A DNA stretch of 63,552 bases, counting the filler, from Chlamydiia bacterium (GTDB lineage: Bacteria; Chlamydiota; Chlamydiia; Chlamydiales; FEN-1388), in NCBI GenBank assembly GCA_903848235.1. It is 8 parts of 8 records of this genome, joined end to end, with 100 filler letters (N's around TTAATTAATTAA, not from the genome) between each part and the next. Parts side by side here need not be neighbours in the genome. Positions count along the whole stretch, not along the records: positions 49,205 to 51,900 come from CAINFV010000135.1; positions 52,001 to 56,923 come from CAINFV010000136.1; positions 57,024 to 63,552 come from CAINFV010000137.1; 5 more parts are not named here. The stretch is one strand, 5' to 3'. The translations under genes were made by a program, and so were the position numbers. This document shows positions 49,205 to 60,379 of the stretch, piece by piece. Under the pieces are notes generated by a model. It ran no database searches, was not told the DNA's origin, and saw only the letters and a list, made by a program, of their open reading frames with translations. Every line of letters begins with the position of its first letter. Positions within the stretch are counted from its first letter, which is position 1.

Positions 49205-51511
49205 ATGGAGCATCGGCCAGATGTCGGACTAGATTCCTACGATCGATTTTTCCCCAACCAAGACACGTTGCCACAAGGAGGATTTGGAAATCTCATTGCC
49301 CTACCCCTGCAAAAAAAAGCTCGAGACCTCGGCAATAGCATATTTGTGAATGAAGATTTGATTGCTTATGAGGACCAATGGGTATTTCTTTCATCTTTAA
49401 GCAAAATCTCTCGTCAAGAGGCCGAGACAATCGTCCATCGTGCCGAAGGAAGGGGGCGCATTGTTGGAATGCATCTCAGAGTGATCGAAGAAGATGATGC
49501 CACCCCCTGGAACAGGCAATCCGTTCCCAGCAAAATTACTCTTCCTGGTGCAGATTTGCCAGAAAGTTTGGAGATCGTTGTTGGGAATGAAATTTACGTC
49601 CCGAAAAATGGACTGTCTCCAGGTTTAAGAAACCAATTAATCCGCTTGGCGGCATTTCCCAATCCTGAGTTTTATAAAGCCCAGGCGATGAGACTTCCAA
49701 CACACGAAAAACCCAGAATGATTTCCTGCGTTGCAGATTACCAGGATCACATAGGGTTGCCGAGGGGTTGCCTCGAGGATGTCTATCACCTGTTTTCAGA
49801 TCTGAAAATCAAATTGACAATTCGAGATGCGCTGCAATCAGGAACGCCTCTCGATACAAAATTTCTAGGAGAGCTTCGCGGGGAACAAAAAACAGCTGCA
49901 GCGACAATGCTGAAAACAAACTTTGGGGTGTTGTCAGCGACCACGGCCTTTGGGAAAACTGTTATCGGAGCATGGCTCATTTCAAAGCGAAAAGTGAATA
50001 CATTGATTCTTGTACACCGAAAGCAATTACAAGAGCAATGGATCGAGCGGCTGTCTACGTTTCTCGAATTGCCAAAAAATGCCATAGGCCGTATTGGCGG
50101 TGGGCGAAAGAAACCCACTGGGCTAATCGATATAGCAGTGATTCAAAGTCTTGTGCGTAAAAATATTGTAGATGATGTAGTCTCTCAATATGGCCATCTG
50201 ATCGTTGATGAATGCCACCATTTGCCGGCATTCAGTTTCGAACAAGTCGCTCGTCACTCAAAAGCCAAATTCATTACAGGTTTGAGTGCCACCATAACTC
50301 GAAAGGATGGACATCATCCAATCATCCTCATGCGATGCGGTCCAATAAGATATCGAGTAGACGCCAAAACTGCTGCCATCTTACACCCTTTCGAACATAC
50401 TGTCTTTGTCCGACCCACCTCCTTTTGTCCTATCAAGCCTGCCAATGACGATACACGTCTCCGATTCCATGATTTATATGAAGAAATCATCCGAGATGAG
50501 GAGCGCAATCAATTAATTTGCAGCGATGTGATGAGCGCTGTCCAAAGAGGACGATCCCCAATCATACTCACGGAACGGAATGATCATCTAGATTGCTTGT
50601 TTGAAAGACTCTCCCCCCATATCCATCATCTGATTGTGCTTCGGGGAGGAATGAGCTCAAAAGAGATCGCTCAAGCGACCGACCGTTTAGCGACTATCCC
50701 AGCAAACGAGGTCAGAGTTCTTCTTGCAACGGGCAAATTTGTCGGCGAAGGATTTGATGACGCGCGTCTAGACACTCTATTCCTTACCATGCCCATTTCA
50801 TGGAAAGGAACCATCGCGCAGTATGTTGGCAGGCTCCACCGTCTCTATGCACAAAAACAAGAAGCACAGGTCTATGACTATGCAGATCTTGGCGTCCCCA
50901 TGCTGGAAAGGATGTTTAATCGGAGATGCCAGGGGTATGAAGCAGTGGGCTATAAGATCCTTCTTCCCGCTAGCGCCATTCCTGGATGGCCAGCCGTTGT
51001 CCCTCTTCCCGTCGATCCCGCCTGGAAGGCAGACTATGCTGGCAGCGTCAAAAGGCTTATTCGCGACGGCGTGGACATGCCACTCGCACATCTCTTCGTT
51101 CAGGTCGCTTCCATTTTTCCGCCTGAAGCAGAAGGAGCTGATCGCGCGCGCAGTGCGACGGAACGTTTTTTATTCCGCCGCCTTGAGACAATTGCTCAGA
51201 CATCTGGACAATTTCGACTGAATGCAGAACTCGATATTCCTTTCGATGGGTGGGGCCGAATGGAGGTGGATTTGCTCTGCGTAGAAGCCCATCTTGCAAT
51301 TGAACTTGACGGCTCTCAGCATCTTGGGCTAGCTGAAGCCTATCGACGAGATCGGCGCAAAGATGCTTTGTTACAGGAAAATGGCTATACGGTTTTGCGA
51401 TTCCTTACCGAAGATGTCGGCAAACACCTCGATGATGTCTTAGATTCGATTCTTCGCGCCTTAAGCCGTTTGCGAAAGCATGAGGCGACAAAAGGTATTC
51501 CTTCTTATTAA
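49205..51511 (+). CDS. primase-like fragment, SF2 (ResIII-type) helicase and DUF559/Vsr-like nuclease fusion (probably 5' truncated)
   Basis: DRFFPNQD..GNLIALPLQ; ATTAFGKT; DECHH; LSAT; QYVGRLHR; EVDLLC..IELDG.QH..DRRKD. Confidence 0.85.
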   Translation: MEHRPDVGLDSYDRFFPNQDTLPQGGFGNLIALPLQKKARDLGNSIFVNEDLIAYEDQWVFLSSLSKISRQEAETIVHRAEGRGRIVGMHLRVIEEDDATPWNRQSVPSKITLPGADLPESLEIVVGNEIYVPKNGLSPGLRNQLIRLAAFPNPEFYKAQAMRLPTHEKPRMISCVADYQDHIGLPRGCLEDVYHLFSDLKIKLTIRDALQSGTPLDTKFLGELRGEQKTAAATMLKTNFGVLSATTAFGKTVIGAWLISKRKVNTLILVHRKQLQEQWIERLSTFLELPKNAIGRIGGGRKKPTGLIDIAVIQSLVRKNIVDDVVSQYGHLIVDECHHLPAFSFEQVARHSKAKFITGLSATITRKDGHHPIILMRCGPIRYRVDAKTAAILHPFEHTVFVRPTSFCPIKPANDDTRLRFHDLYEEIIRDEERNQLICSDVMSAVQRGRSPIILTERNDHLDCLFERLSPHIHHLIVLRGGMSSKEIAQATDRLATIPANEVRVLLATGKFVGEGFDDARLDTLFLTMPISWKGTIAQYVGRLHRLYAQKQEAQVYDYADLGVPMLERMFNRRCQGYEAVGYKILLPASAIPGWPAVVPLPVDPAWKADYAGSVKRLIRDGVDMPLAHLFVQVASIFPPEAEGADRARSATERFLFRRLETIAQTSGQFRLNAELDIPFDGWGRMEVDLLCVEAHLAIELDGSQHLGLAEAYRRDRRKDALLQENGYTVLRFLTEDVGKHLDDVLDSILRALSRLRKHEATKGIPSY

Positions 51512-51675
51512 CCCGAGGGGTAAACAGGTGACAAATCGCGCTGCGAGGCAAAGACAGATCGAAGCGTAGCGGTCCGAAGAAGGAGTTCATAGTAAAACTA
51601 TGGACGACGATGAAGGATCGATATGTCGAAGCCGCAGCAAGCTGGTTGTCATCTGTTTACCCCTCGGGTTAATAA
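51505..51675. repeat. palindromic MITE-like element
   Basis: 30-bp terminal inverted repeat TTATTAACCCGAGGGGTAAACAG(G/A)TGACAA with one mismatch. Confidence 0.8.
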
Positions 51676-51685
51676 ATAATTTGCC

Positions 51686-51900
51686 TCAAGCGAACATGCG
51701 ACGTATGGCGTGATAGAGGTATGGTGCAGCGCCAAGAAGAACAAAAACACTTCCAATCACATAGCAAGGAATCCAAGAAAACAAGCGAGCTTTGCCATAT
51801 TGCTCGCGGAAATAACGCGACCACATGAAATAAATGCTGATAGGAATAGATATAGGAATGCAGAACACAATTAACATAATCACTCCAACGAAAAAAGGAG
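51686..51900 (-). CDS. small membrane protein (probably 5' truncated)
   Basis: Two hydrophobic segments; runs to the contig edge. Confidence 0.4.
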
Positions 51901-52000
51901 NNNNNNNNNNNNNNNNNNNNNNNNNNNNNNNNNNNNNNNNNNNNTTAATTAATTAANNNNNNNNNNNNNNNNNNNNNNNNNNNNNNNNNNNNNNNNNNNN

Positions 52001-52756
52001 GACAAGCTCTCTGCGCTGGTGTTCTAGCTGCCCTTGTATCTCTTCTCCTGATGCTCTGTCACACTTTGCAAGATGGCAGAGCCCTGTCTCTGGATCTTCA
52101 GCATATACCCATCCTACTGGCGGCGGCTGCTCTTCCCATCGATCGGTCACTCGAAGTGCTATCAGATCATTATGAACCGCTAGTGACGCTAGCTCTCTCT
52201 CCCACCCCTGATCGTGCGATATAAAGTCAGAAATGACAAAAATCACCCCACGCTTTGGCCCATGGCGAGCGCCAATAGCCTGCAAGCTTCGTGATAGATA
52301 GGTAGAGCGCTTCCCAAGACCTATCCCGTTCATCACCTCTACAAGACGCCCCGCCTGCGCCATCCCTCGCCTCGGAGGGATAAACTTCTCTAGATTTTCT
52401 GAGAACAGCGCCAGCCCGATGCGATCCCTGCTAATGGCAGCAGAGAAAATCAATATCGCTGCTGCCTCAAGAGCCAGCTTTGCCTTTTCAGGGCGTGCCC
52501 AAAAAACAGAGCCAGAGGTATCTAATGCCACCATCACAGACAGATCGCGCTCTTCGAGATAAGTCTTTACGTACGGCTCTCCAAGCTGTGCGAGCTTGGC
52601 CCATACAAATGCCTTTGGGTCATCTCCGGGGGTGTATTTACGAATTTCGTCATAGTCAATTCCCTTGCCGCGAAACAAGGAACGATACATTCCCAAAAAT
52701 GTACCCAAGACATACCGCTTCACCTGAAGTTTGATGGCAAAGCGTTTGGTAATCAC
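52001..52756 (-). CDS. DUF58 (vWA-like) protein, 3' truncated
   Basis: GMYRSLFRGKG.DYDEIRKYTPGDD, EERD, DTSGS, VISDF. Confidence 0.9.
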
Positions 52757-53718
52757 GGCGATGGTATCTCTTTTAGAAGTCTCTCTACAATGGCATCTGG
52801 TGTAAGTCCTTCTGCCTGAGCTTCATATGTCAAGATCAGCCGATGTCGCAAGACTTCCTTAGCAATCTCCTTTACATCATGGGGAGTTACAAAATCTCTT
52901 CCTTCTGTCATCGCCAATGTTCTTGCGCCGCGCAGAAGCCACAGGGTAGCTCTCGGCGAGGCCCCCCATTGAATTGCAGATTCGAGCTTCATGTTTTTCA
53001 GGCGCTCTACATCCCTCGTTGCAATGACAAGGTCTACCGCATATCCAACGACCTTGTCATCTACATGAATACCGTCCACACGCTCCTGCATACCCTTCAA
53101 GTCTTCGATCTTTAAAAAAGGCTCTAAAGGCGCTGGCATTGCCTGTACCATGCTATGGGTGGCAATCAGCGTCTCTTCGGCAACATTTGGATATGGCATG
53201 ATAAGCTTAAACATAAAGCGATCGAGCTGCGCCTCTGGCAAGGAATAGGTGCCCTCCTGCTCGATTGGATTCTGGGTAGCCATAACAAAATAGGGACGGT
53301 CGACGACAAATGTCTGTCCGAAAATTGTAACCTGCTTTTCAGCCATCACCTCCAGCAGTGCTGACTGCACCTTCGGAGGAGCCCTATTAATCTCATCTGC
53401 CAACACCACATTCGTAAAGACCGGTCCTTTTTCGACGACGAACTTCCCTTGGTCTGGGCGAAAGACGCTCATCCCCGTCAAATCCGACGGCAGAAGGTCT
53501 GGTGTAAATTGAATTCTCTTGAAAGGAAGCCCTGCTATCTGCGAGATCGTAGATATCATCAAGGTCTTCGCAATACCAGGAACGCCCTCTACCAAAACAT
53601 GGCCCCCGGCTATCAGCGCCACGAAAACCTTCTTCACTAACTCTTGCTGCCCGATGATCCTTTGACCTACACGGGCAAGACAGCCGTCCAACACCTGCTT
53701 TACCTGTCCACTATCCAC
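52753..53718 (-). CDS. moxR: MoxR family AAA+ ATPase
   Basis: EGVPGIAKT, RIQFTPDLLPSD, DEINRA, QNPIEQEGTY.LPEAQLDRF. Confidence 0.93.
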   Translation of the reverse strand: MDSGQVKQVLDGCLARVGQRIIGQQELVKKVFVALIAGGHVLVEGVPGIAKTLMISTISQIAGLPFKRIQFTPDLLPSDLTGMSVFRPDQGKFVVEKGPVFTNVVLADEINRAPPKVQSALLEVMAEKQVTIFGQTFVVDRPYFVMATQNPIEQEGTYSLPEAQLDRFMFKLIMPYPNVAEETLIATHSMVQAMPAPLEPFLKIEDLKGMQERVDGIHVDDKVVGYAVDLVIATRDVERLKNMKLESAIQWGASPRATLWLLRGARTLAMTEGRDFVTPHDVKEIAKEVLRHRLILTYEAQAEGLTPDAIVERLLKEIPSP

Positions 53719-53810
53719 AACGAAGACCTCCCGTGAAAAAATATCTTCAAGTCTGTATCAATATCACAAAAGATGAAATTTCATGAAGCTTAAGAAAGAG
53801 GCACGATCTT

Positions 53811-54839
53811 ATGAATACCCCAACCTGCATTCCAAGAGACTTGATGACACTCCAGGAAGGGAGCCTCCCCATTATTCGGAGGCCGAGGAGGAATCGAGCG
53901 TCAGAGGCGTGGCGGGGGTTAGTCACAGAGACGCTCCTAAAACCATCGCAGCTTGTCTATCCAGTTTTTGTAACAGAAGGGCCGTGCGTGCCAATTGCAA
54001 GTATGCCAGGGGTTTTTCGTCTTCCTGTCGAAGACCTTCTCGAAGAGATAGAAGAGCTCCTCACTGTTGGCATACAAGCCATTAATATCTTCTGCCACAT
54101 CCACAATAAGAAGAAGGATGCCATAGGGACAGAAGCCTATCGCACCGACGGCCTTCTTCCAACTGCTATACAGGAAGTAAAAAGGCGATTTCCGGAGCTC
54201 CTTGTCATCGCCGATATTGCTCTTGACCCATTCACCAGCCACGGACTCGATGGCCTCATTGACGAAGACATGTACGTCGTCAATGACCCTACCATTGTAG
54301 CCCTTGGCCACATGGCACTGCGAGCTGCAGAAGCTGGCGTTGATATCATCTCGCCAAGCGACATGATGGACGGCAGAGTTGGCTATCTTAGACATCTCCT
54401 CGATACCAAAGGGTTCTGCCGTGTTGGCATCCTCTCCTACGCGGTGAAATTTGCTTCTTCGTTGTACTCCCCTTTTAGAGAGGCTTTAGACTCATCCCCC
54501 CGCAAGGGCGATAAAAAAACTTTTCAAGTAAATCCTGCCAATGCACGCGAAGCACTTTTAGAATGTGCTCTCGATGATCAAGAGGCCGCCGACATGCTCC
54601 TCATTAAACCGGCGATCACCTCTCTTGATATTATCGCTAAGGTTCGCTCCCAAACCCTCCTTCCCATCGGCGCCTACCAGGTCAGCGGGGAATACGCCAT
54701 GATCAAAGCTGCTGCCGCCAACGGATGGATCAATGGAGAGGAAGTGCTTATGGAATCGCTGATCGCCATTCGCAGAGCTGGCGCTGATTTTATCTTTACC
54801 TATGCCGCTAAAGAGGCCGCGGGGCTGCTGAAAAAATAG
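53811..54839 (+). CDS. hemB: porphobilinogen synthase
   Basis: RRPRRNR, DIALDPFTSHG, PSDMMDGRVG, YSPFREAL, IKPA, AYQVSGEYAMI. Confidence 0.96.
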   Translation: MNTPTCIPRDLMTLQEGSLPIIRRPRRNRASEAWRGLVTETLLKPSQLVYPVFVTEGPCVPIASMPGVFRLPVEDLLEEIEELLTVGIQAINIFCHIHNKKKDAIGTEAYRTDGLLPTAIQEVKRRFPELLVIADIALDPFTSHGLDGLIDEDMYVVNDPTIVALGHMALRAAEAGVDIISPSDMMDGRVGYLRHLLDTKGFCRVGILSYAVKFASSLYSPFREALDSSPRKGDKKTFQVNPANAREALLECALDDQEAADMLLIKPAITSLDIIAKVRSQTLLPIGAYQVSGEYAMIKAAAANGWINGEEVLMESLIAIRRAGADFIFTYAAKEAAGLLKK

Positions 54840-55021
54840 AGAGAAAAAAGACATTAATTCTTGACACTTGAGGCTTTCCTTCGGAACCTTCCGTTGCCAC
54901 GAAAGCTCTAGGGGAGTATTATTTTTACTCTTTTGCTCTCAGTAGCCAACCCGTCATCCGCGCCAAGAAAAGCGCATTATCTTTCGGTGGATGTTTCGTT
55001 GTAGTATTTGAGGTTTTTTTC

Positions 55022-56923
55022 ATGTTATCACTGTTAAAATGGCTCTTTGGAACCGCCCAAGAACGGACTCTTCGACGGTATTGGAAAATCGTAAAAGAGG
55101 TGAAAGCAACCGAAGAGAAGCTCCAGTCATTAACTGACGAACAGCTTGCCGCCAAGACTTCTGAATTCAAAGAGCGTTTAGCACGGGGGGCCTCTCTCGA
55201 CAGCCTTCTTCCTGAGGCATTTGCCACTGTGAAAAATTGCTGCCGACGGATGATGGGGATGGACGTCCACGTTTCTGGCTACAACCAGAAATGGGATATG
55301 ATCCCTTATGACGTGCAGATTCTCGGAGCCATCGCCCTGTACTATGGTGCCATCACTGAGATGCAGACAGGGGAAGGAAAGACCCTTACTGCAGCCATGC
55401 CGCTCTACCTCCGCGCCCTCAGCGGGAAATCCGTCCATATCGTGACTGTCAACGACTATCTAGCAAAACGCGACTGCGAATGGGTAGGAACTATCTACCA
55501 TCGCCTCGGCTTAACCACTGGCGTGCTGCAGCAGAGCATGGAGCACGACGAGCGAAAGGCCATCTACAAGTCAGACATTGTGTATGGAACTGCCTCGGAG
55601 TTTGGATTCGACTACCTTCGCGATAACTCCATGGCGATGAATGCCAATGAGCAGGTACAGCGCGGCCATTATTTTGCTCTGATCGACGAGGTAGACTCCA
55701 TTCTCATCGACGAGGCAAGGACCCCGCTGATCATCTCGGGGCCATCAGCTGTCTCAAAGCAGTTATATTCCGAATTGCAAGATGGCGTTGCAGCCTTGGT
55801 ACAACGTCAGCGCGACGAGTGCCACCGCCTAGCTCTTGATGCTAAGAAGAAGCTGGTACGCTTTGGCGATGATCAGGGAACTGCCGTCGCGCTAAATGAA
55901 GAGGAGTATGACGCCTGCCAACGCCTGTGGCTTATTAGCAAGGGTACTCCCCGTAATAAAATCCTCAAGAGGCTCAAAGAGCATCCAGATATCAGAGCCG
56001 CCATTGACAAATGGGATCTTCACTACTACAAAGAGCAGAACAAAGAGCTTCGCGCTGAGGCTCTGGCTCAGCTTTTTGTCATCGTCGACGAAAAGGCCAG
56101 TGAATTTGAGTTAACAGAACGGGGCATCCAAGCGTGGATTGAAGGCGGCGGTAAGAATGATGACTTTATCATGCTCGACCTCGGCCATGAACTTGTCGAA
56201 GTAGATAGAGATCCCTCTCTATCGCAAGAGGAGAAGCTTGCCAAGAAGATTGCCATTCAAAACGAGGACGGCCTTCGTAAAGAGCGCTCCCATAACTTAC
56301 GGCAGCTTCTTCGTGCGCACCTCCTCATGGAACGCGATGTAGATTACATCGTCCAAGAAGAGAAGATCGTCATCATCGACGAGCATACAGGCCGCATGCA
56401 ACCTGGACGCCGCTTCTCAGATGGCCTTCATTCTGCTATTGAAGCAAAAGAAAAAGTCCCCATCCAGCGCGAAACACAAACCTACGCAACTATCACACTG
56501 CAAAATTATTTCCGCATGTATGAACACCTTGCGGGGATGACAGGCACTGCTATCACTGAAGCCCATGAGTTCAGAGACATCTATAAGCTCACCGTCCTTC
56601 AAATTCCGACCTATAAGCCCTGTCAGCGCGATGACACGAACGACGAAATGTACATGACAGAGCGCGAGAAGTATGGCGCGATTCTCAAAGAGGTCAATGA
56701 TATTCACGGTAGGGGGCGGCCCATCCTTCTCGGCACCGAGTCTGTTGAAGTATCAGAAAAGCTCTCCCGTCTTTTTAAACTCAACCGCCTCGAACACACT
56801 GTCCTCAACGCCAAAAACCATACGCGGGAAGCAGAGATTATCGCCATGGCAGGGCAGCGTGGAGCTATCACCATTGCCACCAACATGGCAGGGAGAGGCA
56901 CTGACATCAAGCTAGGCCCTGAC
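55022..56923 (+). CDS. secA: preprotein translocase SecA (3' truncated)
   Basis: EMQTGEGKTL, VTVNDYLA, DEVDSILIDEARTPLIISG, ATNMAGRGTDI. Confidence 0.98.
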
Positions 56924-57173
56924 NNNNNNNNNNNNNNNNNNNNNNNNNNNNNNNNNNNNNNNNNNNNTTAATTAATTAANNNNNNNNNNNNNNNNNNNNN
57001 NNNNNNNNNNNNNNNNNNNNNNNAGAAATAGAAAGAAGGTACACGAGAGAAAGAAACGAAGAATGTCCATTTTAAATCAAATTTGTCATCTATTTAAATG
57101 CAACTGTGTAGTGGGTAAATACGAAACAAACTACCCCTTTCCGACTAACTGGTAAATATTATTCTCACAGCGG

Positions 57174-57956
57174 CTATGATGCCGCTGTGTCTAACCATTG
57201 CTGATAGAGGGCTTTTGGTGAGATGCCCATGATCTCTTCAAACTTCTTATAGTTTGCCAAAACTTGGAGGAGTTTATCCCACCCGTAGTTCTCCTCAATG
57301 TATGAAACAAACAAATAGGACCATTGGAATCCAGACACCTTGGCAAACTCCGTAGTATCGGAGGTTTCTAGCTCCTCTAAGCTTGGCACGCGAGGCTTGA
57401 AGGTCTTGATAAAATACCCACCTTTCGCCGCGGCAGTACCAAAGAGAAGCCAGCGGGGAAGACTCTCATTTCCAAATTGTTTAAAAAGAAAGCTCTCTAC
57501 GACTTCGAGCTGCAACAGCATCTTCAAACTTTTCTTTGTATGACACGGACCAGGATTTGATGGAGAGACGATGTGAATCGTTTGACTATCTGCATGCGCC
57601 ACGACCCAATCTGGAGCATCCTCCATGTTTCTTGCAAGATGATATGCCTCTACGCTTGGATAGATAAACAGGTCGATGGGTTTGTCAAATGAATACTGAA
57701 AATCCTTAGAACATGCGGCATATGTCTGTTCTGCCTTTTGAAAGAGGGATGGTGCGATTGAGGCATCCGTCTCAGTATAAAACAGCTGAAAATGTTCAGA
57801 TTCGATTTTGTGATCAAGCATCGAAGAGCCAAAACAGAGCCATTGAACTGAAATAAGAGCTACCGCGACCAATTTTTTCAACATGAGCAACTCCTTCATT
57901 TTCTTCTGTGATTTTAATAGAGAAAAGAATGGATGGCAAGAATTGGATTTGTTCAA
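57174..57956 (-). CDS. secreted peptidase MA-like protein lacking HExxH
   Basis: ESEHF, LPRWL..G.A, FVSYIEENYGWDKL; start probably nearer 57884. Confidence 0.5.
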   Translation of the reverse strand: MNKSNSCHPFFSLLKSQKKMKELLMLKKLVAVALISVQWLCFGSSMLDHKIESEHFQLFYTETDASIAPSLFQKAEQTYAACSKDFQYSFDKPIDLFIYPSVEAYHLARNMEDAPDWVVAHADSQTIHIVSPSNPGPCHTKKSLKMLLQLEVVESFLFKQFGNESLPRWLLFGTAAAKGGYFIKTFKPRVPSLEELETSDTTEFAKVSGFQWSYLFVSYIEENYGWDKLLQVLANYKKFEEIMGISPKALYQQWLDTAAS

Positions 57957-58027
57957 TCACTTTTGACAATATCTCTAGACAGGTGCATATGAAGGTGTAT
58001 CTATACCGCTAACAATAGGATACACGT

Positions 58028-59086
58028 ATGTATAACGCAAAAGCATACTCCGCTGCCAGTGCGACATCGTCGCTCTCTCCCATGAAGATCAATCGTCGTG
58101 ATCTTGATGAACACGATGTTCAGATAGAAATCCTCTTCTGCGGCATTTGCCACTCAGACATTCACCAAGTGCGTAATGAGTGGAGCAGTATCATGCCCAC
58201 TGTCTACCCAATTGTCCCGGGCCATGAGATTGTTGGGAAGGTCGCAAGAGTTGGTTCGGCAGTCACCAAGTATAAGCCTGGGGACATTGTTGCAGTCGGT
58301 TGCATGGTTGACTCGGACGGTACCTGTCCGCAGTGTAAAGCTGGCCTTGAGCAGTTCTGCCAGAATATGATCCTTACATTCAACTCTCCGGATAAGCACC
58401 TTGGGGGAGTGACCTACGGCGGGTACTCCGATAGCATTGTTGTCAGTGACCGTTTCGTGTTGCGCGTGCCCTCTTACCTTAATCTTGCTGGCGTTGCGCC
58501 GCTCCTCTGTGCTGGGATCACAACATATTCGCCGATGATTCGTTGGGGGGATATCAAGGGCAAGAAGGTGGGGATCTTGGGCCTCGGAGGCTTAGGTCAC
58601 ATGGGTGTGAAGTTTGCTCATGTGCTTGGAGCCCACGTCGTTGTATTTACCACATCTGCCTCCAAGAAGGAAGATGCTCTTCGCCTTGGCGCTGATGAAG
58701 TTGTTATATCCAGAAACAGCGACGAGATGCAAAAACATAATAGCAGCTTCGACTTCATCCTCGACACTATCTCCGCCGATCATGACATAAACGCCTATCT
58801 GAACCTGCTCCACCACGACGGCAATCTTACCCTTGTCGGTGCGCCGACAAAACCTCTTCCAGTGTCGGCGTTCAGCCTTATTATGGGCCGTCGCAGTATC
58901 TCCGGATCCAATATTGGCGGCATCGCCGAAACACAGGAGATGCTCGACTTCTGCGGTACACATAACATTACCGCTGATGTCGAAGTCATTCCCATCCAGA
59001 AGGTCAACGAGGCCTACGAGAGAATGCTCAAGTCTGATGTAAAATACCGCTTTTCCATCGATATGGCTTCACTCAAATCTGAGTAA
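58028..59086 (+). CDS. NAD(P)-dependent zinc alcohol dehydrogenase (cinnamyl-ADH type)
   Basis: CGICHSD, PGHEIVG, APLLCAGITTYSP, GLGGLGHMG, DVKYRF. Confidence 0.95.
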   Translation: MYNAKAYSAASATSSLSPMKINRRDLDEHDVQIEILFCGICHSDIHQVRNEWSSIMPTVYPIVPGHEIVGKVARVGSAVTKYKPGDIVAVGCMVDSDGTCPQCKAGLEQFCQNMILTFNSPDKHLGGVTYGGYSDSIVVSDRFVLRVPSYLNLAGVAPLLCAGITTYSPMIRWGDIKGKKVGILGLGGLGHMGVKFAHVLGAHVVVFTTSASKKEDALRLGADEVVISRNSDEMQKHNSSFDFILDTISADHDINAYLNLLHHDGNLTLVGAPTKPLPVSAFSLIMGRRSISGSNIGGIAETQEMLDFCGTHNITADVEVIPIQKVNEAYERMLKSDVKYRFSIDMASLKSE

Positions 59087-59162
59087 GGAGTCTAGATTAT
59101 TTAAACTTGACTCCTAAGGGGATGGCAACGGCAGCTCGCCAGATATTTATCATGCATATTTT

Positions 59163-59684
59163 AGCTCGACTTTGTCCAATTTTTTGAATCCTCTTCGATG
59201 AAGGCCCAAGAAATTGTACAAAGTCGAGCTTAGGTAAATGCTTCATGCCCCACCCACATAAAACAGCTTACCAGACGGGAACATTGGGGAGAGACTTGAG
59301 CATTTACGATAGGCCGAAATCATTAACAACAGTTGCTAACTGCTGATAATTGTTGCAAGCAAAGAGTTCGATAGGTAATGATCTACAAAAAGAGGCTGCT
59401 TCGCTGAAGTAATCGTAGTAGCAAGACGCAATAAATCGTAATTCAAATTGAACTGGCTAGGCGCATAGGGACTGGAAAGTAATAAGTCAGGCGATTCGAG
59501 CAAAACGGACTAATTGGTCGAAAGCTGACCGAATCGATTGAGTTCATTTTCCCAGTCCCTTATTTAAGGCATGAGACCTAAATAAGCGACTATTTTGTTC
59601 AAAATCAAATTTTAAACCCATGTTGCCATCTATTCGCTAGGGGCAACGAAGTTGAATCTAACGAATAGATGGCAACTTGGGTTT
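59163..59684. repeat. cluster of three unrelated palindromic elements
   Basis: Inverted-repeat pairs at 59163-59230, 59467-59560 and 59614-59684. Confidence 0.7.
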
Positions 59685-59765
59685 TCGCACCCTCAAATAA
59701 CTAAATTTTTCAATCAGCAACAAATATTACTATTATTGTTTTTAATAATCCAAAAAGGAGAAAAT

Positions 59766-60101
59766 ATGAGTAAGATTATTAATGGGCCTGTACTAGGAAC
59801 CGCTGGCGTCGTAAAATTTCACGACCATATTGGCACTGCAGGGCAAGTAGCATGCACAGCACTAAACGTTGTTGGATGGATTCCTTGTGCCTCAATAGTT
59901 TCAGGAGCTGTTCGCAGCCTTGTCGGGTTACGCATATTATCCAAGAGCAAAAGTGCAAGCAAAAAAACCCTAGCAAAGACTTGGATTGCCCGAGGGATCT
60001 CTGAAATGTGTGGTCTCGGGATTATCCTAGCTCCAATAGATATTGGATGCACGGCTGTGCGATGTTGTCAGGCACAAAGAGTGGCAACGGCAACTGAATA
60101 G
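59766..60101 (+). CDS. small hydrophobic protein
   Basis: AGGAG RBS; VGWIPCASIVSGAVR..WIARGISEMCGLGIILAPIDI. Confidence 0.7.
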   Translation: MSKIINGPVLGTAGVVKFHDHIGTAGQVACTALNVVGWIPCASIVSGAVRSLVGLRILSKSKSASKKTLAKTWIARGISEMCGLGIILAPIDIGCTAVRCCQAQRVATATE

Positions 60102-60127
60102 TCCTGCCACGCCAAAAAGGTGAAAAT

Positions 60128-60270
60128 ATGAATACGATTCTTAATGGATCAGTGCCAGGAACAACTGGCGTCGTACATTTTCACGACAGTTTTGGCTTTG
60201 CTGTGTTGTGGTATGCATAACACTAAACGTTGTTGGATGGACTCCTTGTGCTTCAATAGTTTCAGGAGCC
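60128..60270 (+). pseudogene. degenerate partial copy of the 59766-60101 gene
   Basis: Nucleotide similarity from the RBS through ..GTTGTTGGATGG..CAATAGTTTCAGGAGC; frame disrupted. Confidence 0.7.
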
Positions 60271-60379
60271 ATCCACCAGCTTTGTGGTGTTGCGCCTGGT
60301 ATTTATACCCAAACAAGTTGAAAAATTCGTTTTTGCCTTAGCCGAAAACCCCATCATCGACTCCAAAAAAACAGACCCT

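Noticed and set aside
5408..57023. Recurring TTAATTAATTAA inside N runs as a biological repeat
   Set aside because: Identical 100-nt artificial linkers; ORFs that run into them and gene adjacency across them are artefacts.
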